Source of the DNA: an uncultured virus (IMG/VR IMGVR_UViG_3300008110_000044)
Taxonomy: Duplodnaviria > Heunggongvirae > Uroviricota > Caudoviricetes
IMG/VR virus record: IMGVR_UViG_3300008110_000044
Direction: 5' to 3' (one strand)
Length of the DNA: 64,000 nt
Below the pieces are notes generated by a model that saw only the letters and a list, made by a program, of their open reading frames with translations, was not told where the DNA came from and searched no databases. The translations under genes and the position numbers were made by a program. Numbering within the stretch: position 1 is the first letter of the stretch; each line of letters opens with the position of its first letter. Positions 35,791-46,079 of the stretch are shown here, piece by piece.

Positions 35791-38700
35791 TTGGTTTTCA
35801 TCATATAAATCACTCATGTCAACTTGATCTTGTGGGTTTCTTCCAGCGTTATTTAATGCCATGTTCATAAAACTTGCCATTGCACGCTGGCTATTAGTAT
35901 TTCTCATACCCATCATTCCTGGATTCTGTAACTGAATAGCTCTATCAATCTGCTGAGGAGAAGCATTAGGATACTTACTCTTAAAGTTTTCCACAGCTTG
36001 TAGATAAGCAGCAGGACTCATAGCTTGAGACTGTTGTTGAGTACCAGGAAAATTACCAGTAATCATACTTGTTGCATCTACACCTGGTGCCATTACCATT
36101 TTACCACCTTTAGGAGTATTAATATATTGGAAGAATGGGTTAACCTGATTCATCATGTTTTCATAAGTATTCATCTTATATTCATTACCTCTATACGCAT
36201 CATAGTTACGTAAGTATGTAGCCATTGCATTACGGTAATCACGATCAAACATGATTGAATTATAATCAAGTTTATCTACACGATCAGCATTATAAGCCGC
36301 AGCTTGATTAAGAATATTAGCTTGAAGAGGAGAAAATGTATTAGCTACTCCTACATTCTTGTTCTGAACATCAGACATTGTATTAGCTGCATTCTCAAAA
36401 GCTTTACCTTGTACAGAAGACATATTAGCTAAATATGACTGAGGTGATCCCATACTAGACAATCCTTGAGACATAATATTCATCTGCTCAGCGTTAGCTG
36501 CTAGCTGACGATTAGGATCATAGAAAGTAGGCTCCGGAGTTACAACTGCCATAGGAGCAGCATAAGGATTATATCTTTTTGGTTGAATAGCAAACTGACT
36601 ACCAAAAAATGGTCTACGTCCAGGAGACATTGGTGTTACTGGAGTAAACGGAATATCAGGAACTTCAGGTGTAGTACTCTCTTGGAAATACATTCTTTCT
36701 TTATCTTCTCTGTATTCTGGATCTGTTGGCGGTATAGGATCTGTTTCTTTAACTTGCTTTGTAGCAGGAACATACCAAAGTTCAAACTCTTTTAATCCTT
36801 GTTTAGTACCATGACCTTTCTTTACAAGCTCATCTATTGTAACACCTCTTTTAAGTTCACCTTTAATAAAGTCTTCCCAACCCTTTCCAGGTTTACCTCC
36901 AGGAATAGCACCTCTAGTTTCAGGAGTTTCCGTAACAGTTCTTGTGCCAGGAGAACCAGATGTTCCTTCTTTGATTTTTGTTTTAGTTACTTTTTCTAAA
37001 TAACCAGGCATACCTTCTACTGGTTTCCATTCACCACTTGCCTTAGCTGCTTCAAACTCTTGTTTATTTTTAGCTTTTCTAGTACGTACTTCTCCAGCTT
37101 TTTGATACTCTGGAAGATAACCTCCGTAAGCTGCTTCCGGAAGAACTGAACTAGCAATGTTTGGAATACCTGTAGGGAATCCTTTCATACCTTCTTGAAC
37201 AAGAGCAAGCCCACCAAGTTTTTTATTATAGTTATTAAGCATCATAGAAGCAGTAGTCTTTGCAATCTTATCAGCATATGGATCATCCATAATAGCTTTA
37301 TATTTATTAAGATCATATTGCTTAGCAATATCTGCAGGAACTACGCCACCTTTTTTATAAGACTTACCAAAGTACTTAAGTACTTCAGGATCTTTTATTG
37401 ATAACTTCTTTGTCTTAGAATAAATAAATGAATCAGCCGGAACTTGTTGTTCTGTAAGTTTAACACCTCCCTGAGCATGGCTTGGTCCGGAAATATTAAA
37501 ATGTGTACCGTCAGGTCTTACAACTGTCTCACCACCCTCTGCTTCTAAAACATAAGGGCTATCTGGATCTTCATCCTCAGACATTGTTCTACCAGAAGAT
37601 TCAAACGGATTGTCTGTCATATCTGTGTAGACTTTCTTACGTCCAAGATCTAGTCCATAGTTACTTTGTCCACCATATTCCATTGATGGTGTACCTGTTA
37701 TTTTTATTTTCATAATATCTTCGGTATTAGATTCACCACCATGCTGGTAAATCATTTTATTATTCTTAAGATGATTATATACATCTCTGTCTTCATACTT
37801 GATAAACTCATTCATCAAAGCTGTTCTTTCACTTGGTGAAAAATCAGAAAGCTTTTTATTACCAAATGATTTTAGCAAAATATCTTCACTTTCTGAAGGA
37901 AATCCCACCCATCTTCTACGAGCTTGTTTAGCATTTAATCCTGTATACGATCCACTAAATAAAAGATCCTGCATTGCTTGAATACCAGACTGCATATCTG
38001 GAAATATAGCCACTTTTCCACCAGCATCTGGTCTACCTGCAACAGCTCCATACTTTTTAGCAAACCCGCCAATATGAATATTACCAGGATTATTATGAGC
38101 AAGTCTTCCTGAAAAACCTTTACCTACATTAGTAGATGCTTCAGAAGATGCACTAACATTAGCACTTCTACTTGAACTAGAAGATGGAACATATCCTGAA
38201 GCAGGAAGTGATCCTGCTAAACTTGTATAAGAAGAACTAAGCATTTCTGGTATTACACTTCCAAAATCACCACCCGTTTGTGCAGTAGGAAGAAACTGTC
38301 CAGTATACATACCTTTATTAACTACCATTTGATCTGGTCTAAACATACCAAATGATGATCCGGTAGATACATAGTCACCTCTGTCTTCAGTTGTTACTGT
38401 TGGAAATAAATTAGCAGAAACTTTCTGATTTCTTAAATACTGTTCAAACTCTTTTTTCTTTTTATTATCATCAATAGCACCAGTAATACCTGATAATGCA
38501 GTAATACCTATTTGAGCTGTTGCTCCAAGATCTGCCATTTTATTAAAGGTATTCTGTGCATTACTACCAAACTTAATTAATCTTGGATCTTTTAAATTAG
38601 TTCCATAGTCTTTATTAAAAGTAGATATACCTTGCTTAATATCTTTAGCAGAACCTGTTTGAAACATATTCTGAAGATTCTTAACAGCATCCTTGATATA

Positions 38701-38871
38701 AACTCCACTGTCACTAAAGCCAAGATCTTTAGTATCTTGTTTAGTAACTACAGGGTTCTTGGTATTTATCATACCAGTAGCTTCATCATAGGTTACTGGG
38801 TTGGTTCCAAAAATATTTGGAAATCCAAACTGTGCCTTAGGTAATCCTTTTTTAGTAATACGTATTTTCAT
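35788..38871 (-). CDS. Virion cargo protein with lysozyme-like (NNPGNI) domain, 1027 aa
   Basis: HNNPGNI...FPDMQSGIQA domain; EAEGGE...GPSHAQGGV motif recalled from crAss-like structural proteins; Q/N/M-rich C-terminus; no Cys seen. Confidence 0.7.
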   Translation of the reverse strand: MKIRITKKGLPKAQFGFPNIFGTNPVTYDEATGMINTKNPVVTKQDTKDLGFSDSGVYIKDAVKNLQNMFQTGSAKDIKQGISTFNKDYGTNLKDPRLIKFGSNAQNTFNKMADLGATAQIGITALSGITGAIDDNKKKKEFEQYLRNQKVSANLFPTVTTEDRGDYVSTGSSFGMFRPDQMVVNKGMYTGQFLPTAQTGGDFGSVIPEMLSSSYTSLAGSLPASGYVPSSSSSRSANVSASSEASTNVGKGFSGRLAHNNPGNIHIGGFAKKYGAVAGRPDAGGKVAIFPDMQSGIQAMQDLLFSGSYTGLNAKQARRRWVGFPSESEDILLKSFGNKKLSDFSPSERTALMNEFIKYEDRDVYNHLKNNKMIYQHGGESNTEDIMKIKITGTPSMEYGGQSNYGLDLGRKKVYTDMTDNPFESSGRTMSEDEDPDSPYVLEAEGGETVVRPDGTHFNISGPSHAQGGVKLTEQQVPADSFIYSKTKKLSIKDPEVLKYFGKSYKKGGVVPADIAKQYDLNKYKAIMDDPYADKIAKTTASMMLNNYNKKLGGLALVQEGMKGFPTGIPNIASSVLPEAAYGGYLPEYQKAGEVRTRKAKNKQEFEAAKASGEWKPVEGMPGYLEKVTKTKIKEGTSGSPGTRTVTETPETRGAIPGGKPGKGWEDFIKGELKRGVTIDELVKKGHGTKQGLKEFELWYVPATKQVKETDPIPPTDPEYREDKERMYFQESTTPEVPDIPFTPVTPMSPGRRPFFGSQFAIQPKRYNPYAAPMAVVTPEPTFYDPNRQLAANAEQMNIMSQGLSSMGSPQSYLANMSSVQGKAFENAANTMSDVQNKNVGVANTFSPLQANILNQAAAYNADRVDKLDYNSIMFDRDYRNAMATYLRNYDAYRGNEYKMNTYENMMNQVNPFFQYINTPKGGKMVMAPGVDATSMITGNFPGTQQQSQAMSPAAYLQAVENFKSKYPNASPQQIDRAIQLQNPGMMGMRNTNSQRAMASFMNMALNNAGRNPQDQVDMSDLYDENQ

Positions 38872-38874
38872 TTC

Positions 38875-41511
38875 TTACATTATTTCAAAATCATATCCTT
38901 GTTGACGAAGTAATTCTGCTTGCTCTGGAGTAACTTCTACTTCAGCTCCTTCTACTAAACCACCCATCTGCTTAGCAAAGTTACGTGCAAAGTTTGCTTT
39001 CTTACGCATTTCTGGAGAATACTTTCCCTCAGGTGCATTAAGAATAGCTGATGCTGCTTCTTGAACATCCATACCCATACGAGTAGCTTGGGCTTTAAAT
39101 GTTCCTTTCTTTGCAGGATCTATATAAATACCACCATAAGCATACATTCCTCCGCACTCATAGCAAGGCATACCACCCATTTCATATCTCTCATTTCCTT
39201 TACCTTTCTTTAGTCTATCCATAAACTCTGCGTCATACTTATTCTTTTTAGGATCAAGTACCATTAAAGTATCTCCTTGTGGAAAATACTTACCTGTCAT
39301 TGATCCAATATCTTCAGGGCGACAGTTAATACAACCGTAAGATTTATAACGATCTTGAGGAGACATATTATAAAGTCTATCTCTTGATGCTGGATCATAT
39401 GTTGTATGTACAGCTACTGCTCTTGAGTTAGGTGCTTTTTCATTAAAAGCATCTATAGGTTTCATATTATAACCAGGAGCACCATAAATATTCTTATTAG
39501 GTTTCATATTATAAGTGCCGGCTGGAGTAGCTCTCAACTTAGGGTTATCATCTAAGTAGCTAACAGAATATGGATTTTCAGTTCCTTCTGCATTAGATCC
39601 TGTAATAACAGGAAATGACTTTTCTATTTTACCATTTCTTACAATATAACCTTTGTTCTTTCTTTTGTCTACTACAAAGCCAGATTCAAGATTTTTATTT
39701 TTACTATATACTGAAGACATAAGATCATCAAACATACTAAGATAACCCTTCTTTGGTTGCTCAACAGGTCTTAACATAGCAGGTATATTCATTTCTCTAC
39801 GAACAGTCTTACTAGATTTTGTGCTAGGAGCTGGTGCATCTTTAACACCTTGATTACGCATCATAGCTAAAAGCTCTAAGTTCTTATCTGCTGAGTAATC
39901 ATAGTCTTTAATACCCATCTTAGCAGCCAGTTGTTTTCTAGAAGCTTTATCGCTAGCCATGCCCATACTTTCAAGATAGTCTACAATACTTCCACCTTTT
40001 TGGTAGAAAGCATTGCCACTAAACGTAGAGCCACCATCTTTCCATGTTGCTCTAGCAAACGCTCTAAAGAATGGATTACCATCTAAGTTCTTTTTATGTC
40101 TAGCATAGAATGCTGCTTTACGCTCAGGATCTTTAGGATGTTGTCCTAATTTAGAATCACCAAAGTACTTAACAGTTCCATCAGGTCCTGTTACTTTATG
40201 TGTCTTTCCTTTACGATCATTACTTCTAGTTACAGTATAACCACCGTTACCCATTTCTGGCATTTCTTCTTCTTCATTTTCTTCCTCATCTCCTTCTGCC
40301 CCATATGTCATATAATCAGATATAGCATCTGCACTATGATCCATAACCGCTAGCTTAGAAGCAATCCATGGATCAACATTATCTTCAGGTTTAATGAACT
40401 GTAACAGCTTAGACATTTTATCTGAAACTGCAGCCATTTGACCCATAGCCATTTCTCCGTTAGGCTCACCACCTTCATCCATAAAAGGATAAGCCATACC
40501 ACCGTATGCCATATTACTAAGAATCTTAGCTTGAACATATTCAGGTAAAGCTTTAAATCCTGCATTCTGAGGTTCTCCACCCTGTGCCATAGAAGACATC
40601 TTTTGCTGAAGAGCATCTCCAGAATAACCTTGAGCTTTTAGCTGAGCTTCTACAAGCCACTCTGGTTTACCACCATCTTCCATGTATGGTACTTCCATGC
40701 CATACTCAGCTTTACGCCAGGTACCACCTTTACCTTTATACCACTTAGCAGCCCAGCCGTTAGCGTAAGCTGAAGGATATACATCAAATTTCTGTTTAGC
40801 TAAAGACTTAGCTCTAGACCAGAGTGCAGGGTTATTAGGTTTGTTTGCCATATCTTGTTCATTTATTTCACCACCGTTTTCTTTTCTACGGTGCTGATAG
40901 TTTATACGTTCACTTGAAGTTTTAGATCTTTTAAATTTTTCACGTTCTGAGCTTGATAATTCACCTGATGTTTTAGGAGTATCTTCACTTACTCTACGAG
41001 AAGGACGACATGCTGGATAACCTTTACGTTTTTCGCCCTCTTGTCTACCACAATCTTTACCTGTTTTTACATCAACCCATTTTTCTGCAAACCATCTGTC
41101 TAGACCACCGTGTTGGCCACCTCCTTCAAAATTAAAAGCAGCAGTGACAGTTGGAGTACCATACATATAGTTTCCTGATATATTTATCTTAGGTGTTTTA
41201 TAACCTACAGTTGCACCAAAGTGCGGTACATTATCTGATATATCAAGATTAGGAAATGCATATAAACCCTGCTGGGGCTTTTCTAAAGATGGCATCTTAA
41301 GATTTATAGGATACTCATCTACATAATCAGCTTTGGGAAAAGTATAGTTTTCCCCAGGATACATCATTATACCTTTGCCCTTGTTAGGCTTGGCATAAAC
41401 AGGATAGTTAACACCCATCATAGTAATATCATTACCAGGAATTCTGGTAGGCTTACCTGGGTGCTTCCACTGGCCCATTGCGTCCTTTATTATTTTTCCA
41501 TTGTTAGTCAT
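38875..41511 (-). CDS. Modular virion protein with L,D-transpeptidase (YkuD-like) domain, 878 aa
   Basis: VVDK...FPVITG...TPAGTY...AVH...SYGCIN; SIVDYL...RKQLAAKMGI cell-wall-binding-like module; several small basic modules separated by xxxGG. Confidence 0.75.
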   Translation of the reverse strand: MTNNGKIIKDAMGQWKHPGKPTRIPGNDITMMGVNYPVYAKPNKGKGIMMYPGENYTFPKADYVDEYPINLKMPSLEKPQQGLYAFPNLDISDNVPHFGATVGYKTPKINISGNYMYGTPTVTAAFNFEGGGQHGGLDRWFAEKWVDVKTGKDCGRQEGEKRKGYPACRPSRRVSEDTPKTSGELSSSEREKFKRSKTSSERINYQHRRKENGGEINEQDMANKPNNPALWSRAKSLAKQKFDVYPSAYANGWAAKWYKGKGGTWRKAEYGMEVPYMEDGGKPEWLVEAQLKAQGYSGDALQQKMSSMAQGGEPQNAGFKALPEYVQAKILSNMAYGGMAYPFMDEGGEPNGEMAMGQMAAVSDKMSKLLQFIKPEDNVDPWIASKLAVMDHSADAISDYMTYGAEGDEEENEEEEMPEMGNGGYTVTRSNDRKGKTHKVTGPDGTVKYFGDSKLGQHPKDPERKAAFYARHKKNLDGNPFFRAFARATWKDGGSTFSGNAFYQKGGSIVDYLESMGMASDKASRKQLAAKMGIKDYDYSADKNLELLAMMRNQGVKDAPAPSTKSSKTVRREMNIPAMLRPVEQPKKGYLSMFDDLMSSVYSKNKNLESGFVVDKRKNKGYIVRNGKIEKSFPVITGSNAEGTENPYSVSYLDDNPKLRATPAGTYNMKPNKNIYGAPGYNMKPIDAFNEKAPNSRAVAVHTTYDPASRDRLYNMSPQDRYKSYGCINCRPEDIGSMTGKYFPQGDTLMVLDPKKNKYDAEFMDRLKKGKGNERYEMGGMPCYECGGMYAYGGIYIDPAKKGTFKAQATRMGMDVQEAASAILNAPEGKYSPEMRKKANFARNFAKQMGGLVEGAEVEVTPEQAELLRQQGYDFEIM

Positions 41512-44500
41512 TATCTAGGACTTAACTGTATTTTTTGATTAGACATTTTAAACAGATACTTTACATCATTACTCTTAACTTTACGTAGGAATACACGATT
41601 TACATGATGTCTAAACTTCTTACGTTGAAGAATAGGTTTATCATAATTAACATAGCCTAAGTTAATTTCAAACTTATAACCATTAGCCTCTGTATTAAAC
41701 ATAGGAATGTTGGTTGAAATAAACTCTCCCCTCTCCTTAGTAATATCCCAAAACTGATTAAATCTATACTTGTTCTCTTCTTTAGAGTAATTAATTCCAA
41801 TAGACTGTGTACGAATCTGTGGATAGTTTAACATATCCAATGGATTAACTTTACTCTTAAGTTCTAGCTCAAGAAGACCAGATATTTGTTCAGAGTTATA
41901 AACAATTGCCTGATCAAAGTTAGCATCAAGAATATGAAACTTATCACGACAGTCGTTATGTGTATGGTAAGCTTCTAAAAGATATTCTATATTTCTCATA
42001 GAAACTACTTGCTGTCCAGTTGATGATACAAACTCTACTTCAAATGGATAATCTATGCCATAGAAGTTAGTATACTTATCACAACGTACATTATGCTTCC
42101 AGATACTATTCTGGTCAACACTCATAAAGTGTGCTTTACCAGGAATCAAGAACGTTGGAATCCAGTCATGGAAACTAAGCCATGTTTGAGACTTTGGATC
42201 ATAAGAAATAGTCCAGCTAGCATCCTCAAAGAAATTAGTATTACTAAAAGATATGTATGATTTATCAATACTTGCTATAGACTTTGGAAGATAAAATCCT
42301 TTTTCATCATGTAAGAGATCTTTTCTTTTTGGTCTGTAGTCCTTTTTAGTAATATAGATTATCTCATTAGTGTTATCATAAATCATCTGTACACCAATTC
42401 CTATAACAGGATTGTCTCCTAAATTATAAGTTGGATAATCCTTTAATATTTCAGAAGGTAAGTATTTAGCAAACCAGTACTTCATACCATCTTTGCTTAT
42501 TTCTCTAAGCTGACCGGCAAACTGAAATACCTTACCTTGATTTTGACTCACCCAGAATATTCCAAATGGAGTACCTACTACTGACATTCTATTCTGACAA
42601 GAACCATACTCGTATGATTCATCTGCATTTACAATACTTTGTAAAGGTTGTTGGAATAAACCACCATCACCAATTGTGATTTTTGTACCTATATCAGTTT
42701 GTAAAGCATCTACACCAGTAAACTGTACAGGACTCTGATTCTGCATCATAAATAGTGCACCTGTTTTATTTACAGGCTTAACCATTACCACAGTATTACC
42801 AAAGTCTTTGTAGTTATTTGTAAGGAATATTCTCCAGTTATCTTTTTTAAGTTCTTGATCCTGAGGTAGAGAATATAATACTCTCTTTGGTCTGTATACA
42901 TAGCAAGTATCTGCTATAATAGGATTGTAATCTCTAGGATATACATTGCCCCAAGAAGCGTAGTTATTAAATAACTTAGAGGTACTAAGAGAATAATCAT
43001 ACTTATAATAGTTTCCGCTCTTTGCTATATCAGATCTGAATAAAGAATCATAATCAGTAAATTCAAACTGGTCATAGTGACGTTTGCTTAGATCGTCTTC
43101 CCAATCACGCTGAGCAATATTTATCTCAGATTCTACATAGAAATCTCTTACACCGTTAAATAGTAAATAAAAATAGCCTCTGCTGACAAAGAACAAAGCA
43201 CTGTCTCTTTCATCTAGGTGTCTGTTTACACTAGCATTCTTAAATAACGCATAGTTAAGTTTAGTACTATCTAACCAAAATCTTGGATAAGCAACGTTTA
43301 TATACTCTCTATAATCATATTCAAACTCATCCGGCTCTCCCATTAACCAACTGTTAAAGAAAGGAAAAGCATTCTTTTCAGTAAACCTACCTACATAAGT
43401 ATCCCCTCCAAATAAAATATCTGTCTTGTGCTTAACACCATTTCCCTGTGCAGGAAAAGTACAGTTAGATATGATAACTTGTTTGATAGATTCAAGCTGA
43501 CCATATTGTGCAGGAATAGAAACCTTTAGTGAACCATAATATCCTGAGATGGTTGAGTTCACTTCTGTATCTTTTTTATTCCCAATATCACCTATTGTAA
43601 ATCTACTTGTATCTGGATTAAGAGGATCTAGTATTTCATTAGCTAATTTAATAGCTACGTAATTAGATCTATAGAGGTTATTAATAGAATAAGTAGTATC
43701 AAAACTATGAATGTTACCACCGATATAATTAGAGTCTAATACTTTACGCCTAATATTACCAGTTCTGTTTATTCTAGACTGATCATAAAAACCATGAGAG
43801 TTATACTGAAGAGCATACTGTCTTCTAGGAACAAGGGCTCTTACAATATTAAACAATTGTTCTCCTGTTGACTGAGCCTCTATAAAAGACATTGCTACCG
43901 CAACAGCCCCGTTATATGCTCCAATAGCAAAGTTGTATCCTGCAATTACTGGGTTAGGAATAGAAACATTACCTCCAGTACCAAGTACAGATCCGCCACC
44001 ACCAATAGCAAAGTTTGGAACTTTAGTAAGTGTTAACTTTTTAGCATACGGTAAGTCTTCAGTTCCCTCTAGAGTAATATGAGCATCTTGAGCAATCGTA
44101 GCTAGAAATCTACCAATTGTTGTAATTACTCCAAGAATACTGCTAAACTGTGATGTAAAGTTTGTAAGTACTTTAAATTTAGGATGCTTATATGGAGTAA
44201 TAAATTTTCCTCTTGCTGTACCAGATAGTTCTTGATAAACCTTTACTTCATTAAAAGAAAGGAAAGGTTTTGTAAACGTAGTGTCTGGACTATGAAAAGA
44301 AAAGATATTTTTTTTATAGTTTGTCAAAGGATCACTCATGTTCTCACCTGAGTTACCTTTTTTAATTATTTCTTCATTGCTTGTAAGTAGCTGATCTGGT
44401 CTAAGGTCATTATAAGGATAGTTCTGATATAAACCTTTGATAGTAGTATTACCAGGAATAGTATACTCACGCATGTTGTTAAACATACCTTTTGCTACAA

Positions 44501-46079
44501 TACTCTTATTACCCTCTCTTGATCCTCTAAGAATTTCATATCCTATAATAGATGTAATTGGATTTCCGTTCTTATCAAGAGGAACTGTAATGTTCTCAAA
44601 CTGTACCCCAAGTACAGTAATAGTTCCTGTACCAAAATGGTTAAGTAAACTATTTACAGTATAGTCAGGCATCTTATGATGTCTGATTGGCTTACCACAT
44701 AGTGTACCCCAAATGTCTGGTCTATCTGCTGGATAAAGCTCAGTGCTTTCCCAATATGCCATCTGACCAGTTGCAACAACTAAACCTCCATCAGATAAAG
44801 TTGTCTGTATATTATTATCAATAATTCCTGTGTTCTCTACCTGCCATCTTCTTACCTCTTGACCATCTTGTGTTTCAAAAGCGTCTCCACCAAAAACATA
44901 TTCTGTATCTGTTGGGATAGAAGCCCTACCAGGAATATGAAAAGACGCTGATTTTTCACCAGTATTGTAAACCCATCTTATAAAGAATGAATACTGCTCG
45001 TCTCTAAGATAACCTACTTTATTACCACCCTTAGCATAATAATTATCCGGGTACTGTACAGCAACCCATTTAGATATTATCTTATTAGCTTGAGGCTGAT
45101 AGTTAAACTGATATTTAGAATAAGAACCTAGTCTCAAAAGATAACCATTGACAGAGTACATTGCGTTACTCTTTTCTATAGGTTCTGTCCTTAGAGGTAT
45201 TTGACTAATTGGTACACTTATTAGTTCAGGATTAATAGTATCTATATAAATAATTCCCTGACTTGTGGAGTAAATACCAAATCTTTTAGCAACTGTCTGC
45301 TGATTAACAGTAGATATAATTACTAATTCAAACTCGTCAAAGTCTTTATCAATAGAAGATATCTTAAGTTCTAGAGAACTGTTTAAGTTTTCATGGCTAA
45401 AAACAGACTGAACATTAGATAAACCTATGTAATCTGTAATCTTTATACCATTTATTGTATAGGCAATACAAACCTGATAAGATCCATTTGGAAGTGTACC
45501 AGCACTTTTACCTTTAGAAATAGTAAGACAAGGCTGATCTATTAAAGATGCTAGTCTTATCTTTTCACAATCTAATCTATTAGTATAAGTTCTGTTAATA
45601 CAACCGTTGATGATTTGATCAGTATACTTATAAGGAGGATTATCCAGATCCATAAATCTATCTGGATTCAAACCATCTGCCCAATATACAGGAAGAGCAC
45701 AATCATAACGTCTACGAGATACACCAGTAATAAGATTTGATCTCTTGAATCCAAGACATGAATCGTTAACCTTCTTTACATAAGTACAAGCTGATTCATC
45801 AAATATTCCTATTTCTGAATCTACATCATTTGTAGTAAAGACTGCCCACTGATCATCAGTAAGATGAATACAACCTATCATAGGATAAGGAAGTGTTACA
45901 CAGTGTAGATTAGCAGGCTCATTACCTATTACACCAAGCTGACCATCGTGCGAGTTATTTACTGCATTACGGGCATGGGTCCACAGACCTTCACCAACAA
46001 AGGTGTCATTCATGTCTTTTACCATACCTTTAGTAAAGGTATTAGTAACAGCTCCGGGATTCTGTGATTGTTCAGCCAT
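41511..46079 (-). CDS. Tail stabilisation / nozzle (muzzle) protein, 1522 aa
   Basis: Size, beta-rich composition, motifs (KGM.KD, GY.RDE.YSF, IRHHKMPD, FGGDTY..RF, WTISY...W.SFHDW.P) and synteny downstream of the ring genes, as in crAss-like phages. Confidence 0.8.
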   Translation of the reverse strand: MAEQSQNPGAVTNTFTKGMVKDMNDTFVGEGLWTHARNAVNNSHDGQLGVIGNEPANLHCVTLPYPMIGCIHLTDDQWAVFTTNDVDSEIGIFDESACTYVKKVNDSCLGFKRSNLITGVSRRRYDCALPVYWADGLNPDRFMDLDNPPYKYTDQIINGCINRTYTNRLDCEKIRLASLIDQPCLTISKGKSAGTLPNGSYQVCIAYTINGIKITDYIGLSNVQSVFSHENLNSSLELKISSIDKDFDEFELVIISTVNQQTVAKRFGIYSTSQGIIYIDTINPELISVPISQIPLRTEPIEKSNAMYSVNGYLLRLGSYSKYQFNYQPQANKIISKWVAVQYPDNYYAKGGNKVGYLRDEQYSFFIRWVYNTGEKSASFHIPGRASIPTDTEYVFGGDAFETQDGQEVRRWQVENTGIIDNNIQTTLSDGGLVVATGQMAYWESTELYPADRPDIWGTLCGKPIRHHKMPDYTVNSLLNHFGTGTITVLGVQFENITVPLDKNGNPITSIIGYEILRGSREGNKSIVAKGMFNNMREYTIPGNTTIKGLYQNYPYNDLRPDQLLTSNEEIIKKGNSGENMSDPLTNYKKNIFSFHSPDTTFTKPFLSFNEVKVYQELSGTARGKFITPYKHPKFKVLTNFTSQFSSILGVITTIGRFLATIAQDAHITLEGTEDLPYAKKLTLTKVPNFAIGGGGSVLGTGGNVSIPNPVIAGYNFAIGAYNGAVAVAMSFIEAQSTGEQLFNIVRALVPRRQYALQYNSHGFYDQSRINRTGNIRRKVLDSNYIGGNIHSFDTTYSINNLYRSNYVAIKLANEILDPLNPDTSRFTIGDIGNKKDTEVNSTISGYYGSLKVSIPAQYGQLESIKQVIISNCTFPAQGNGVKHKTDILFGGDTYVGRFTEKNAFPFFNSWLMGEPDEFEYDYREYINVAYPRFWLDSTKLNYALFKNASVNRHLDERDSALFFVSRGYFYLLFNGVRDFYVESEINIAQRDWEDDLSKRHYDQFEFTDYDSLFRSDIAKSGNYYKYDYSLSTSKLFNNYASWGNVYPRDYNPIIADTCYVYRPKRVLYSLPQDQELKKDNWRIFLTNNYKDFGNTVVMVKPVNKTGALFMMQNQSPVQFTGVDALQTDIGTKITIGDGGLFQQPLQSIVNADESYEYGSCQNRMSVVGTPFGIFWVSQNQGKVFQFAGQLREISKDGMKYWFAKYLPSEILKDYPTYNLGDNPVIGIGVQMIYDNTNEIIYITKKDYRPKRKDLLHDEKGFYLPKSIASIDKSYISFSNTNFFEDASWTISYDPKSQTWLSFHDWIPTFLIPGKAHFMSVDQNSIWKHNVRCDKYTNFYGIDYPFEVEFVSSTGQQVVSMRNIEYLLEAYHTHNDCRDKFHILDANFDQAIVYNSEQISGLLELELKSKVNPLDMLNYPQIRTQSIGINYSKEENKYRFNQFWDITKERGEFISTNIPMFNTEANGYKFEINLGYVNYDKPILQRKKFRHHVNRVFLRKVKSNDVKYLFKMSNQKIQLSPR

